A stretch of 64,000 nt of DNA. Source: Alphaproteobacteria bacterium (lineage in GTDB: Bacteria; Pseudomonadota; Alphaproteobacteria; RF32; CAG-239). The stretch's first letter is position 1. Every line of letters begins with the position of its first letter. The translations under genes and the position numbers were made by a program. Of the stretch, positions 1 to 8,126 are shown in pieces. A model generated the notes under the pieces. The model did no database searches. It saw only the letters and a list, made by a program, of their open reading frames with translations, and had not been told where the DNA came from. The stretch is taken from the NCBI GenBank assembly GCA_045634545.1, contig JAZRAL010000023.1, forward strand, positions 1,161 through 65,160, written 5' to 3'.

Positions 1-1
1 G

Positions 2-604
2 AAAAGTCAAAATATAAAAGATAAAGACTTGTATGAATTGTCGTCGGTTGATGGTGATTTTTATTGTAATGCTATAGCTTTTTATCATAGAAGAGGTTCT
101 AAGTTGTGTATTTCTTTGAGGGTTGACCATAAAGGTGATATGGGAGAAGGATACTATGCGCCTGTTGGTGATGTTATTATTCATGAATTAATGCATACTA
201 TGCAAAGATGTCCCTCTTCTGCTGAAAAAACTTCAGATAATAAGCGAAGTAAAAATAATTTACAAAAAGATGTTTTTGAAGAATATAGATCATATGCGGA
301 TGAAGTTGGTCCTACATTGATGAGTCTTGTAATTGAAGATTATCTTTATAAAGATATGAAGAAAATAGATCAAAATTGTGTTGTAGATTATGGATGCGTT
401 GATTTTGATGGTAAGCAAATAAATGTTGGAGAGCTTGCTATGTGGTTTAGACGTAAGATAGAAAAATATGAACGTAATAATGAACCATTAAGTGTCGATA
501 AGATGTTGTCAGAAAGTAATAATTTTAATGAACTTGTTATGATTGCTAATGGAAGATTTCCTGCAGATAGAGAATATAATTTAAATACATCTAGATCTAG
601 GTAG
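2..604 (+). CDS. HExxH zincin-like metalloprotease domain protein, 5'-partial (frame open to window edge)
   Basis: The frame has no stop from base 2, so the TTG at 29 is probably internal. 'VIIHELMHTMQ' is a HExxH zinc-protease signature. No other family recognised. Confidence 0.45.
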   Translation, partial: KSQNIKDKDLYELSSVDGDFYCNAIAFYHRRGSKLCISLRVDHKGDMGEGYYAPVGDVIIHELMHTMQRCPSSAEKTSDNKRSKNNLQKDVFEEYRSYADEVGPTLMSLVIEDYLYKDMKKIDQNCVVDYGCVDFDGKQINVGELAMWFRRKIEKYERNNEPLSVDKMLSESNNFNELVMIANGRFPADREYNLNTSRSR

Positions 605-664
605 ACAAAAGTGTTGACAAATTGCAATTGTGTGGTAGCATCAATTTGTTTTTTATTTACAATT

Positions 665-850
665 ATGAAAAAAAGTATTTTGGAAATTGCTGTATTTTTT
701 GTTGCAGCATCAATGTTTGCGGTAGGTGTAAATGTTGAAAGTCGTGAAAGAGTATTTGCGTTTTTAATCTCTTTTATTGCAGGAGTTTTTTGTTTGATAA
801 TACATTCTTGCAATAATGCGTTGGAAATTCCTAATAATAAGGAAGTATAA
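665..850 (+). CDS. small membrane protein (hypothetical)
   Basis: The ATG at 665 (MKKSILEIAVFFVAASMF...) lies inside track ORF 611..850. Two hydrophobic segments; a hairpin follows at 858-890. Confidence 0.3.
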   Translation: MKKSILEIAVFFVAASMFAVGVNVESRERVFAFLISFIAGVFCLIIHSCNNALEIPNNKEV

Positions 851-917
851 GTTAATTCCCCCGATGATATTGCTGTTGCAATTATGGGGGATTAATTTTA
901 ATAAAATAAAAAATATC

Positions 918-947
918 TTGCTTTTTTTATCTTGATTGATGTAAATT
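918..947 (+). promoter_or_regulatory. putative sigma70-type promoter of tRNA-Ser
   Basis: TTGCTT (918-923), 18-nt spacer, TAAATT (942-947). The tRNA 5' end is 10 nt downstream. Confidence 0.3.
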
Positions 948-957
948 TTGTTTTATC

Positions 958-1047
958 GGATAGATGGCAGAGTGGTTGAATGCGGTTGACTCGAAATCAA
1001 TTGTGCGTGCAAACGTACCGGGGGTTCAAATCCCTCTCTATCCGCCA
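958..1047 (+). tRNA. tRNA-Ser (anticodon CGA), CCA encoded
   Basis: Hand-folded cloverleaf. Acceptor GGATAGA/TCTATCC, anticodon stem GTTGA/TCAAT with loop CTCGAAA, long variable arm, T-loop GGGGGTTCAAATCCCTC, 3' GCCA. Confidence 0.9.
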
Positions 1048-1141
1048 CTAATGCATGTAATCTGCAGATATTGTAGGTTATTTTTTTTGTTTTAACTCAA
1101 GCTGTTCTTGAAAATATTTATTTGAATTAGATAAAAGCCAT

Positions 1142-1179
1142 AAAAAAAGACTGAAGTTTGCACTTACAGTCTTTTTTTT
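1142..1179. terminator. bidirectional rho-independent terminator
   Basis: Stem AGACTGAAGT / ACTT(A)CAGTCT, flanked by an A-run and a T-run. Confidence 0.6.
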
Positions 1180-1183
1180 GTTG

Positions 1184-1585
1184 TTAGCGTGTCTTTACAG
1201 AATACGTCAGAGAATCATCTTCTTTTGTTAACTCGATAACCATTGTTTTTTGGTTTGTTTTTGAGAAGGATTTCAGCTCTTTTTCAAGGCTCTTTAAGGT
1301 CTTGTTAATTGCTTCTTTGCTTGTTATGGGCAAATTACTGTTGTTGAGATATTTGTATAACAAGTCAACAATATCTGAAATTGTATTAATTTCAGTGACA
1401 TCGCAATCGTCCATATTTAGACTGTAGTGATACTCCATCTTGAGTACAAGGTCTAAAATTTCAAGACTATCAAAGCCGAGGTCATCTCTTAGCTTTGTTT
1501 TAAAAGTTACCGGAATATTATCCTCTATTCCGTAATCCTCTAAGATTTTAATTATGTCTTTGAGGATTTTTTCTTGTGTTAACAT
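1184..1585 (-). CDS. acyl-carrier-protein-like protein with about 50-aa C-terminal extension
   Basis: 'LRDDLGFDSLEILDLVLKME' matches the ACP phosphopantetheine attachment site (DSL). Start taken at MLTQEK (1585); the track's upstream extension is hydrophobic read-through. Confidence 0.6.
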   Translation of the reverse strand: MLTQEKILKDIIKILEDYGIEDNIPVTFKTKLRDDLGFDSLEILDLVLKMEYHYSLNMDDCDVTEINTISDIVDLLYKYLNNSNLPITSKEAINKTLKSLEKELKSFSKTNQKTMVIELTKEDDSLTYSVKTR

Positions 1586-1664
1586 AATAGTTGAGTTATT
1601 TAAGGTTAAACATAATATTAGAGATAATAAAAAAGGCAAAAAAATTTGCCTTTTTTATCGGAGA

Positions 1665-1880
1665 TTAAGAATTTTTCTTTCTTAATCTTGCATCTTTTTG
1701 AGAATGACCGCAGGTTCTCTTGCCGGTGTCCTTTGTTTTTGATGTTTGAGGATCGCGTGGAAGTCTGCTTGCGCTTGTTCTCTGTTTCTTCGATGAAGAG
1801 TTTTCTCCATCGATGACATGTTCTACACTCATAGGGCCATCAAGAGTGGCTCCAACTACAAAAGCTACTTTTTTACTCAT
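1665..1880 (-). CDS. hypothetical small basic protein
   Basis: 71-aa ORF, locally GC-richer, with a Lys/Arg/Ser/Thr-rich C-terminus. No family recognised. A hairpin lies downstream at 1636-1651 (GGCAAA/TTTGCC). Confidence 0.35.
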   Translation of the reverse strand: MSKKVAFVVGATLDGPMSVEHVIDGENSSSKKQRTSASRLPRDPQTSKTKDTGKRTCGHSQKDARLRKKNS

Positions 1881-1949
1881 AATAGTATTTTTTTGATTAA
1901 TAATATAAATTCAGGTGCAATATAATCTATTTTTTTATAATAATCAATA

Positions 1950-1977
1950 AAAAAAAAGACCGATAAAGTACCGGTCC
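1950..1977 (-). terminator. rho-independent terminator of the 1991..2692 gene
   Basis: GACCG/CGGTC stem, followed by a T-run on the minus strand. Confidence 0.45.
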
Positions 1978-1990
1978 TTAATTTGCTAGC

Positions 1991-2692
1991 TTAAATTTTA
2001 TCAATTGTTGCGTAATTGAAATTTGTTAAGCGTTGAGAGTTTGATAATGTTTTTTCAAGTTTTGCCCACTCTTTTGTGGTTAGAGTTTTTACTTCTTTAA
2101 GAGAGGTGTCTAAAATCTTTTTAACATTATTTTCAACTGTGATTACAATGTAAAAGTTCCCAACAGTTTTGTCTTTTGTTTCAAGTAAATAGACTGTTTG
2201 TGATGTGTCGTATTTACTTATGCAATTACCTGAATGGTCATAGAAGTAAATAGTTTCATCTGTAATCAGGCATTGAGTGTTTGAGTTTTGATAAAAATAA
2301 AGCGGAGCGATAAAAGTTTTGGTTTGGGGATAATAAAAATATTTTTTATCGTAGTTTACGCCCAAGTAGTAAAAACCATCTTCGCTCATTTTAATTCTTA
2401 CAAAACTATCAAAAGACATACCGCCGATGCTAGTTCCTTGATGATTATAGACTTTTACTCGCTTCTTTTTATCAAAAGTTCGGATTATGTAGTCGTCGGC
2501 ATCAATGGAGTTAAGCTCTTTTGCTGGAAGGATTTCTTTGTTGTTTGAAACATCTTTTACACCAACTAAAACCGTAGAATTTTCTTTTAGATAGAAAGTT
2601 TCAAGGTTTTCATATAACACTTCAGATTTTGGAGTGTTATTGCAACTTATGGTTAAAAAGACCACAAGTACTGTTAAAATAATTTTTTCCAT
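1991..2692 (-). CDS. putative lipoprotein (hypothetical; beta-rich, WG-repeat-like motifs)
   Basis: N-terminus MEKIILTVLVVFLTISC is a signal peptide plus lipobox Cys. Recurrent 'Y.H.G..I'-type strands. Confidence 0.55.
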   Translation of the reverse strand: MEKIILTVLVVFLTISCNNTPKSEVLYENLETFYLKENSTVLVGVKDVSNNKEILPAKELNSIDADDYIIRTFDKKKRVKVYNHQGTSIGGMSFDSFVRIKMSEDGFYYLGVNYDKKYFYYPQTKTFIAPLYFYQNSNTQCLITDETIYFYDHSGNCISKYDTSQTVYLLETKDKTVGNFYIVITVENNVKKILDTSLKEVKTLTTKEWAKLEKTLSNSQRLTNFNYATIDKI

Positions 2693-2755
2693 AACATATA
2701 TTTTTATTTATAATAATTTTCGTACATGGTGAGTTATAGAGGATATTTTTTTTAA

Positions 2756-3409
2756 TTGCAAGAATTTTATACAAAAATGACAAAAATATTTTTTTTACTT
2801 AAATTTAAGTTTTTGTTGTATCTTCTTGTTGAAGATATTTTTTTAGGAGATTTAATATGGATTATTTTAATATTAGCAATTGTTATTGCTGTGTTTATTT
2901 ATAGTTTGTATGTATCCGTTATAAAAAGTAAAAATAATTTAAAAGAAGCTCTTTCTGATGTTGATGTACAATTAAAGAAAAGATTAGATTTAATTCCTAA
3001 TTTATTAAAAGCTGCCGCTAAATATATGGAACATGAAAAAACTATTTTTGATCAAGTTGTTAAAGCAAGAGAAGCTATTTTAAGTGCATCTAATTATAAT
3101 GAGAAATTTATGGTAGAAAATAAATTAAGTGATTTAATGCATACTTTTTATGCTAGAGCTGAAGCTTATCCTGAACTTAAGTCTGATAAAGTTGTTGTTA
3201 AGGCTCAAGAAGGAATGGTTGATGTTGAAGAACATATTGCTGCTGCTCGTAGATTTTACAATTCTGCAGTTAAAGAGTATAAAAATGTTTTAGAGATATT
3301 TCCATCTTCTTTGATTGTTTCTATGCTTGGGTTAAAAGATGAATATCCTTTCTTTGTTGCAGAAGAAAAAACATCTGAGCCTATTGATGTTAATGATTAT
3401 TTGAAATAA
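2756..3409 (+). CDS. lemA: LemA family protein (start uncertain)
   Basis: TM helix followed by 'DVDVQLKKRLDLIPNLLKAAAKYMEHEK...ARRFYNSAVKEYKN', the LemA signature layout. In-frame ATGs at 2756 and 2777. The best SD+ATG (2857) is out of frame. Confidence 0.75.
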   Translation: MQEFYTKMTKIFFLLKFKFLLYLLVEDIFLGDLIWIILILAIVIAVFIYSLYVSVIKSKNNLKEALSDVDVQLKKRLDLIPNLLKAAAKYMEHEKTIFDQVVKAREAILSASNYNEKFMVENKLSDLMHTFYARAEAYPELKSDKVVVKAQEGMVDVEEHIAAARRFYNSAVKEYKNVLEIFPSSLIVSMLGLKDEYPFFVAEEKTSEPIDVNDYLK

Positions 3410-3430
3410 TTTTACGGTAAGTAACTTTTT

Positions 3431-3457
3431 AAGAGAGGTTTTAGCCTCTCTTTTTTG
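3431..3457 (+). terminator. rho-independent terminator after lemA
   Basis: AAGAGAGG / CCTCTCTT stem plus T-run. Confidence 0.7.
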
Positions 3458-3524
3458 TTAGAGAAATATTAAGATGTTTGGTTTATGTTGTTATTATAAA
3501 GTTAACTTTAGTTGAGGAACTAAT

Positions 3525-4592
3525 ATGTCACGTGCAGAAGATATTTTTGAGAAGCTTATTTATTTTGGCGAAGATGCGATTGATGAGTTTATATTAAATA
3601 GGCAAACAGAAGAGCTTTTTATGGACTTTAAGCAAGCGGTTTCTGATGGTAAAAATATGCGAGCACTTCATCAAAATGATAGAAGAAATTTAGCAAAAGC
3701 TATTTCAGCATTTGGTAATAGCGAAGGCGGAGTTTTGGTTTGGGGTGTTGAATGTGCAAGAGATGTTGAGCTTGGTGATGTTGCTCAAGCAAAAGTTAAG
3801 GTAAAGAATGTTCATAGATTTTTAAGTTGGCTCGAGGGAGCGATATCTGGTTGTACTATTCCATCTCATAATAAAGTTAGAAATCACATTATATGCGCTG
3901 ATAAGAATGGAGATGGAATTTTAGCAACATATATTCCAAAATCTGATATTGCACCACTAATGACAACAGCTGGTAGCCAGATTTATATAAGATCTGGTTC
4001 AAATAACGTGCCAGCCCCCTATTCTGTTATTGCAGGCATGTTTGGTAAACGTCCGCAACCAAATATTGATATGGTGATTAATAACAAAATGATTGAGGTA
4101 GCTAAAGAAAACGAGGAAGATATCTTTAGACCAATTAAAAAATCTAAGAAAAAAGAAAATGTTGTTAAAGTTAGATTTTCACTTCTTGCAGAAAATAATT
4201 CTAATGCAATTGCAAAAGAAGTATTTTTATCTTGTAATACATTAAATGTGGGCGGAGATAAAAATAAGGTTAATTTTTATTATGATGCTCAGTTAGAAAA
4301 TCTAGCATCAGAACATAACTCAATTAATTTAATTACTCCAATTGAGATGAGAGTTCCTCCTAGAGCATTGTTTAGTTGCGCAAAGGCGGAAATTAGATTT
4401 TATGATGATATAACCGAAGACTTTTTAATGGAAGGCGTGATAGGAGCTGAAGGAAGTATTCCTAAAAGTTTTAGAATTTATGTTTCAAAAAATGATTTAA
4501 GGTCGTTTGTTGCGCAGTGTTTAAGAAAGAATGCTGATTTAGAAGTGTTAACAAACGAGTTCTTTTCTTGTTATCTAAAAAGAGAAATTTAA
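3525..4592 (+). CDS. AlbA_2 (Schlafen-like) domain protein with unassigned C-terminal half
   Basis: 'TEELFMDFKQ...LAKAISAFGNSEGGVLVWGV' follows the AlbA_2/divergent-AAA motif (E.lEfK ... isAfaNteGG.lliGv). The C-terminal 180 aa or so are unassigned. Confidence 0.6.
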   Translation: MSRAEDIFEKLIYFGEDAIDEFILNRQTEELFMDFKQAVSDGKNMRALHQNDRRNLAKAISAFGNSEGGVLVWGVECARDVELGDVAQAKVKVKNVHRFLSWLEGAISGCTIPSHNKVRNHIICADKNGDGILATYIPKSDIAPLMTTAGSQIYIRSGSNNVPAPYSVIAGMFGKRPQPNIDMVINNKMIEVAKENEEDIFRPIKKSKKKENVVKVRFSLLAENNSNAIAKEVFLSCNTLNVGGDKNKVNFYYDAQLENLASEHNSINLITPIEMRVPPRALFSCAKAEIRFYDDITEDFLMEGVIGAEGSIPKSFRIYVSKNDLRSFVAQCLRKNADLEVLTNEFFSCYLKREI

Positions 4593-4779
4593 ATAAAAAG
4601 GTTAAAATAGATTAGAGATTTTAAAATGAAAACAGTAGTTCATACTAGAAAAAATATGTTTGAAACGACTAATTTGTTTAAATCAGCTTTAAGCTGTTAT
4701 AGAGTACAAAATGTTGTTTATCAATTTCATAGTATTTTTTCTATAATTGATTTATTGAAAATAAAGGGAAAAGAAGAAA

Positions 4780-5220
4780 ATGAAGAGAATTGAAATTTTT
4801 ACTGATGGTGCTTGTTTAGGTAATCCTGGAGCTGGTGGTTGGGCTGCTATTTTAAGATATGGTGATGTCGAAAAAGAGTTATCTGGTGGAGAGCAAGAGA
4901 CAACAAATAATCGTATGGAATTAACGGCAGTTATTAAAGCATTAGAAGCGCTAAAAGAGGCTTGTAATATTACACTTTATACAGATAGTCGCTATGTGAT
5001 GGATGGAATTGAAAAGTGGATTTTTAATTGGAAAAAAACGGGATGGAAAACATCTAACAAAAAAAGTCCTGTGAAAAATGTTGAATTATGGCAAAGACTT
5101 GATGAGTTAAAATCTAAACACGAGATTAGATGGGTGTGGGTTAAAGGGCATGCAGGGCATAAAGAAAACGAAAGATGCGACGAGCTTGCAAGAAATGAAG
5201 CAAGTAAATATAAAGAATAA
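4780..5220 (+). CDS. rnhA: ribonuclease HI
   Basis: '[20 protein letters not shown]...TTNNRMEL...YTDSRYV...[18 protein letters not shown]' are canonical RNase H motifs. Confidence 0.95.
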   Translation: MKRIEIFTDGACLGNPGAGGWAAILRYGDVEKELSGGEQETTNNRMELTAVIKALEALKEACNITLYTDSRYVMDGIEKWIFNWKKTGWKTSNKKSPVKNVELWQRLDELKSKHEIRWVWVKGHAGHKENERCDELARNEASKYKE

Positions 5221-5225
5221 AAAAA

Positions 5226-5250
5226 GAGCCTCCGGATGGGAGGCTTTTTA
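5226..5250. terminator. bidirectional terminator between rnhA and 5258..5599
   Basis: AGCCTCC / GGAGGCT stem with flanking A and T runs. Confidence 0.7.
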
Positions 5251-5257
5251 ATTGTTT

Positions 5258-5599
5258 CTAGCTGATAGATGCGAGATAGGTTGAAAGTTCATCTAACATG
5301 GAAAGTCTTGTTTTTTCTACACTACAACTTTCAAACTCATCATAACTAACGCTAAGATCTTCAGTTTTTTTCTCTAAGTAAATTTGAAGGCAAAATAAAT
5401 CACCTCCATTGAGTTTTAGAGCCATTTTTTGGAATTGGATTAGGGTCTCATCTGTAGCTTTGGGATTACCATTGGGGTAAAAAGTTTCCCAAATTGTTTT
5501 ACCTTTTTTGAGAATTTCATCTTCAAAAAGATGTTTGGGGTAAAATGATGAAAAGCGTAGCCAAATGCGCCTTAAGCTAAATAATAAATCGTTAAACAT
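5258..5599 (-). CDS. hypothetical protein
   Basis: 113-aa ORF between a terminator and the MATE gene. No family recognised. Confidence 0.45.
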   Translation of the reverse strand: MFNDLLFSLRRIWLRFSSFYPKHLFEDEILKKGKTIWETFYPNGNPKATDETLIQFQKMALKLNGGDLFCLQIYLEKKTEDLSVSYDEFESCSVEKTRLSMLDELSTYLASIS

Positions 5600-5675
5600 A
5601 TAAGATAAATTTAATAATAAATGATTGAAGTGGATGTTATTTTAGTTGTTTTATTTTGTCAAGTTTTTTGTGTAT

Positions 5676-7058
5676 TCAATTTATAGCTTTCATCTTTTTA
5701 TAAATCATGCGATATTCTTGTTTTATGTCTTTTTCTTTTCGTTTATAAACATTGATGTAATAGCCAACTATTACAACAATTGCGCCACCTAGCCAAGCAA
5801 GAGGACCTGCGTAATATATACCAGCATATCCCATATGACTTGCTAAAATAATAGCAGCGTATGAACGTATAATTAATTCTACAATACCTGATATTAATGG
5901 ATAGATTGCTTTTCCCATGCTTTGGAGCGCATTTCTAAAGATGAAAATTGAACCTAAGAAGAAGTAGAACATTATGCTAATTGATAGATATGATGTGCCA
6001 ACATTGACAACAAAAGGATCAGGATTTTCAAGAAAAGTTCCAATAAGTTTTTTGCCCAAAACAAATACTATAATACTTAAAATTATACTTATAAGGAATG
6101 ATGTTGTTATGGCTTTTCTTATTCCTTCTCTTATTCGCCCTATTTTTCCGGCGCCATAATTTTGAGCAACATATGTTGCAACTGCTATTCCTAGTGCAAG
6201 TAATGGCTGTGTTGCAAGTTGTTCTATACGTAAAGCGATTGTAAATCCTACGATTATTTTTTCACCAAAAGAATTGCATACAGCTTGAATTATCATAATG
6301 CTAAATGAAAGTATTGAAAATTGTAATGACATTGGAATTGCAATATTTAGATGCTCTTTCATGAATGTTGAATTGTATTTCCAATCATTTTTGGTAATGC
6401 GTAATACTGGATAATATTTTCGTATATAAAAGATACAAACTATAACAGAAATTGTAATTGCTATAACTGTTCCAAGAGCAGAACCAACAACCCCTAGTTT
6501 AAAGTATTGTATAAAGATATAATTAAAAGTAATATTTAGTGTTGTTGAAAAAATAAGAAAATAAAGAGGTGTTCTGCTATCTCCTAGAGCTCTTATAAAA
6601 CCATATAATAAGTTTGAAAAAATTATCAAAACTAAACCTAATCCTAAAATTAAAATAAAATTGTAAGAATCTTCAAATATTGATGCGGGTGTGTTTAGTA
6701 TGTGCAATAATGGTTTTAATATTACAAGTAGCAATAGTGTTAAAAAGAGGCTTAAGAAAAAACTTGCTCTAATTGAGTGAGTTACTGAACTTCTTACACC
6801 ATTAAAATCTCCTGCGCCAAAACGCTGTGCTGTGATTGCGGTTAATCCTCCTGTAAAGCTAAAAGCAATGATTAAAAATGTAAAAAATATTGGGGCTGAT
6901 GCACCAACGGCTGCTAGAGCATTTTCTCCAAGGAGGCGCCCTACTATAAATATGTCAGCTAATTGATATAATTGCTGAAAAATATTTCCAATTAATATTG
7001 GTAGTGAGAATAGTAGAATTAATCTTAAGGGATGCCCCTTTGTCATATCTTGTATCAT
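5676..7058 (-). CDS. MATE family efflux transporter
   Basis: 12-TM-type protein. The N-terminus 'PLRLILLFSLPILIGNIFQQLYQLADIFIVGRLLGENALAAVG' is typical of MATE/NorM. Confidence 0.85.
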   Translation of the reverse strand: MIQDMTKGHPLRLILLFSLPILIGNIFQQLYQLADIFIVGRLLGENALAAVGASAPIFFTFLIIAFSFTGGLTAITAQRFGAGDFNGVRSSVTHSIRASFFLSLFLTLLLLVILKPLLHILNTPASIFEDSYNFILILGLGLVLIIFSNLLYGFIRALGDSRTPLYFLIFSTTLNITFNYIFIQYFKLGVVGSALGTVIAITISVIVCIFYIRKYYPVLRITKNDWKYNSTFMKEHLNIAIPMSLQFSILSFSIMIIQAVCNSFGEKIIVGFTIALRIEQLATQPLLALGIAVATYVAQNYGAGKIGRIREGIRKAITTSFLISIILSIIVFVLGKKLIGTFLENPDPFVVNVGTSYLSISIMFYFFLGSIFIFRNALQSMGKAIYPLISGIVELIIRSYAAIILASHMGYAGIYYAGPLAWLGGAIVVIVGYYINVYKRKEKDIKQEYRMIYKKMKAIN

Positions 7059-7219
7059 TTTTTGGTTCCTTTAGTTTAGCTTTTGTAAGATAGGAGTATT
7101 TATTTAATTTTCTACTAAATTTTGTAATTATTATAATAAAAAAAATACCGTTTATTGATTTAAGAAAAAAAAATTGCAATTGTTATTCACATCTTTTTTG
7201 ATTTTTTTTATTTTTGTTA

Positions 7220-7248
7220 TTGACAATCTAAAAAAATGTATGTAAAAA
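7220..7248 (+). promoter_or_regulatory. putative promoter of tRNA-Met
   Basis: TTGACA (7220-7225), 17-nt spacer, TAAAAA (7243-7248). tRNA 5' end at 7266. Confidence 0.35.
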
Positions 7249-7265
7249 CATCTTCGTTGCCCGAT

Positions 7266-7342
7266 GGCGGAGTAGCTCAGTTGGTTAGAGCAGAGGAATC
7301 ATAATCCTTGTGTCGGGGGTTCGAATCCCTCCTTCGCTACCA
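7266..7342 (+). tRNA. tRNA-Met (anticodon CAT; elongator Met or lysidine-modified Ile2 cannot be told apart by eye)
   Basis: GGCGGAGTAGCTCAGTTGGTTAGAGC..., anticodon stem GAGGA/TCCTT, loop ATCATAA, T-loop GGGGGTTCGAATCCCTC, ACCA end. Confidence 0.9.
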
Positions 7343-7348
7343 ATATAT

Positions 7349-7376
7349 AGCCTTGCATATTGCAAGGCTTTTTTTG
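7349..7376 (+). terminator. rho-independent terminator after tRNA-Met
   Basis: AGCCTTGCA tat TGCAAGGCT plus T7. Confidence 0.8.
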
Positions 7377-7446
7377 TTGCTTTTTATTTTTTTTATGATA
7401 GATGTTTGCTGATTGAAAATTATTGTTTTATTTAAATATTATAATT

Positions 7447-8013
7447 ATGGCGTTAAAAAACTATAACAAAGAATGTGAACGAGCGGTTCTTTCTTACAAT
7501 AGTTTATGGAGGAATTTAAAAGCAATCTTTTTTGCTCATAGTTTTTCCTATCCTGTTGTTTATACAGATGGGTTTGTAAGTGAAGATAAAAAGGATAGAA
7601 ATGGTAGAACACCTTTAGGTATTGTTGTAAAGGGGGTTATTTTAAGAATTGATGCTCCAGATGAAAAAATGACACTTTCTGATGCCTTTGATTTGATGTT
7701 TGAAGATGTTTTTGCTGGATTTAATGCTTATCTTCCACCTTTTGAGGTGTTGCTATATGTAAGAAACCATATTAAAACCATTAATAGACTTCTAAAGGAG
7801 CTAGGAGGTACTGAATTTTTTGGTGATTGGTATGTAAGTTGTAATGAATATACAGAAGATACACCTAAAATTGGTGGTTTTGAAAATAAAAGAAATCTAT
7901 CTAATTTGAGAGCTTATGCTGTTCATATGAATTTACCTAGTTATGTTGGTAATTCATATAGTTTAGTCGGTGACAAGAACTTTATTCGTATTGTATATTG
8001 TCATCGTGGTTAA
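7447..8013 (+). CDS. hypothetical protein, paralog A (DUF1566-like C-terminal pattern)
   Basis: Shares 'YPVVYTDGF.S', 'P.GIVV.G.I', 'LP.F..L..........IN.L.KELGG.EF.G.WY.S' and a terminal 'FIR' with the next gene. Confidence 0.6.
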   Translation: MALKNYNKECERAVLSYNSLWRNLKAIFFAHSFSYPVVYTDGFVSEDKKDRNGRTPLGIVVKGVILRIDAPDEKMTLSDAFDLMFEDVFAGFNAYLPPFEVLLYVRNHIKTINRLLKELGGTEFFGDWYVSCNEYTEDTPKIGGFENKRNLSNLRAYAVHMNLPSYVGNSYSLVGDKNFIRIVYCHRG

Positions 8014-8019
8014 AATTAA

Positions 8020-8052
8020 ATTGCTCTTCTCTTTTGAGTTGAGCAATTTTTT
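8020..8052 (+). terminator. rho-independent terminator after paralog A
   Basis: ATTGCTC / GAGCAAT stem plus T-run. Confidence 0.5.
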
Positions 8053-8126
8053 ATTGCTTTTTTTATTTTAGTTTGTATAGTGCTTAAGTTTTTTAGATTA
8101 TTGTGTGTATAATTAATGTAAATTTT

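Noticed and set aside
388-813. Many track ORFs lie antisense to, or out of frame within, confidently assigned genes. Examples: 388..813, 2288..2548, 5974..6159, 8271..8462, 10595..11378, 15609..15875, 18571..18792, 19318..19682, 19944..20174, 22483..22894, 23139..24587, 26623..26865, 29847..30260, 31177..31398, 31712..33286, 33669..34025, 35834..36061, 39115..39793, 41714..42621, 43342..43542, 44103..44309, 46446..47315, 49688..49885, 52000..52350, 53545..53808, 55143..55472, 55949..56170, 56782..57847, 58198..58392, 58945..59184, 59820..60401.
   Set aside because: They overlap genes with clear family motifs and have low-complexity or hydrophobic 'shadow' composition typical of AT-rich genomes. 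They lack SD sequences. Treated as non-coding.
1665-1880. The 71-aa basic ORF considered as a small ribosomal protein (L34, L36 or S21 type).
   Set aside because: Its sequence does not match any of the ribosomal protein signatures I can recall. Left as hypothetical.
4626-4796. 56-aa ORF (MKTVVHTRKNMFETTNLF...) in the gap before rnhA, overlapping the rnhA start by 17 nt.
   Set aside because: No convincing SD, no recognisable motif, and it is below the track threshold. It could be real but is unsupported.
7266-7342. Search for a direct repeat of the tRNA-Met 3' end (att site) to delimit the phage-derived island.
   Set aside because: I could not find a copy of the GGTTCGAATCCCTCC...ACCA segment near 12.8 kb or elsewhere by eye. 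The island boundaries therefore remain approximate, and integration at the tRNA is unproven.
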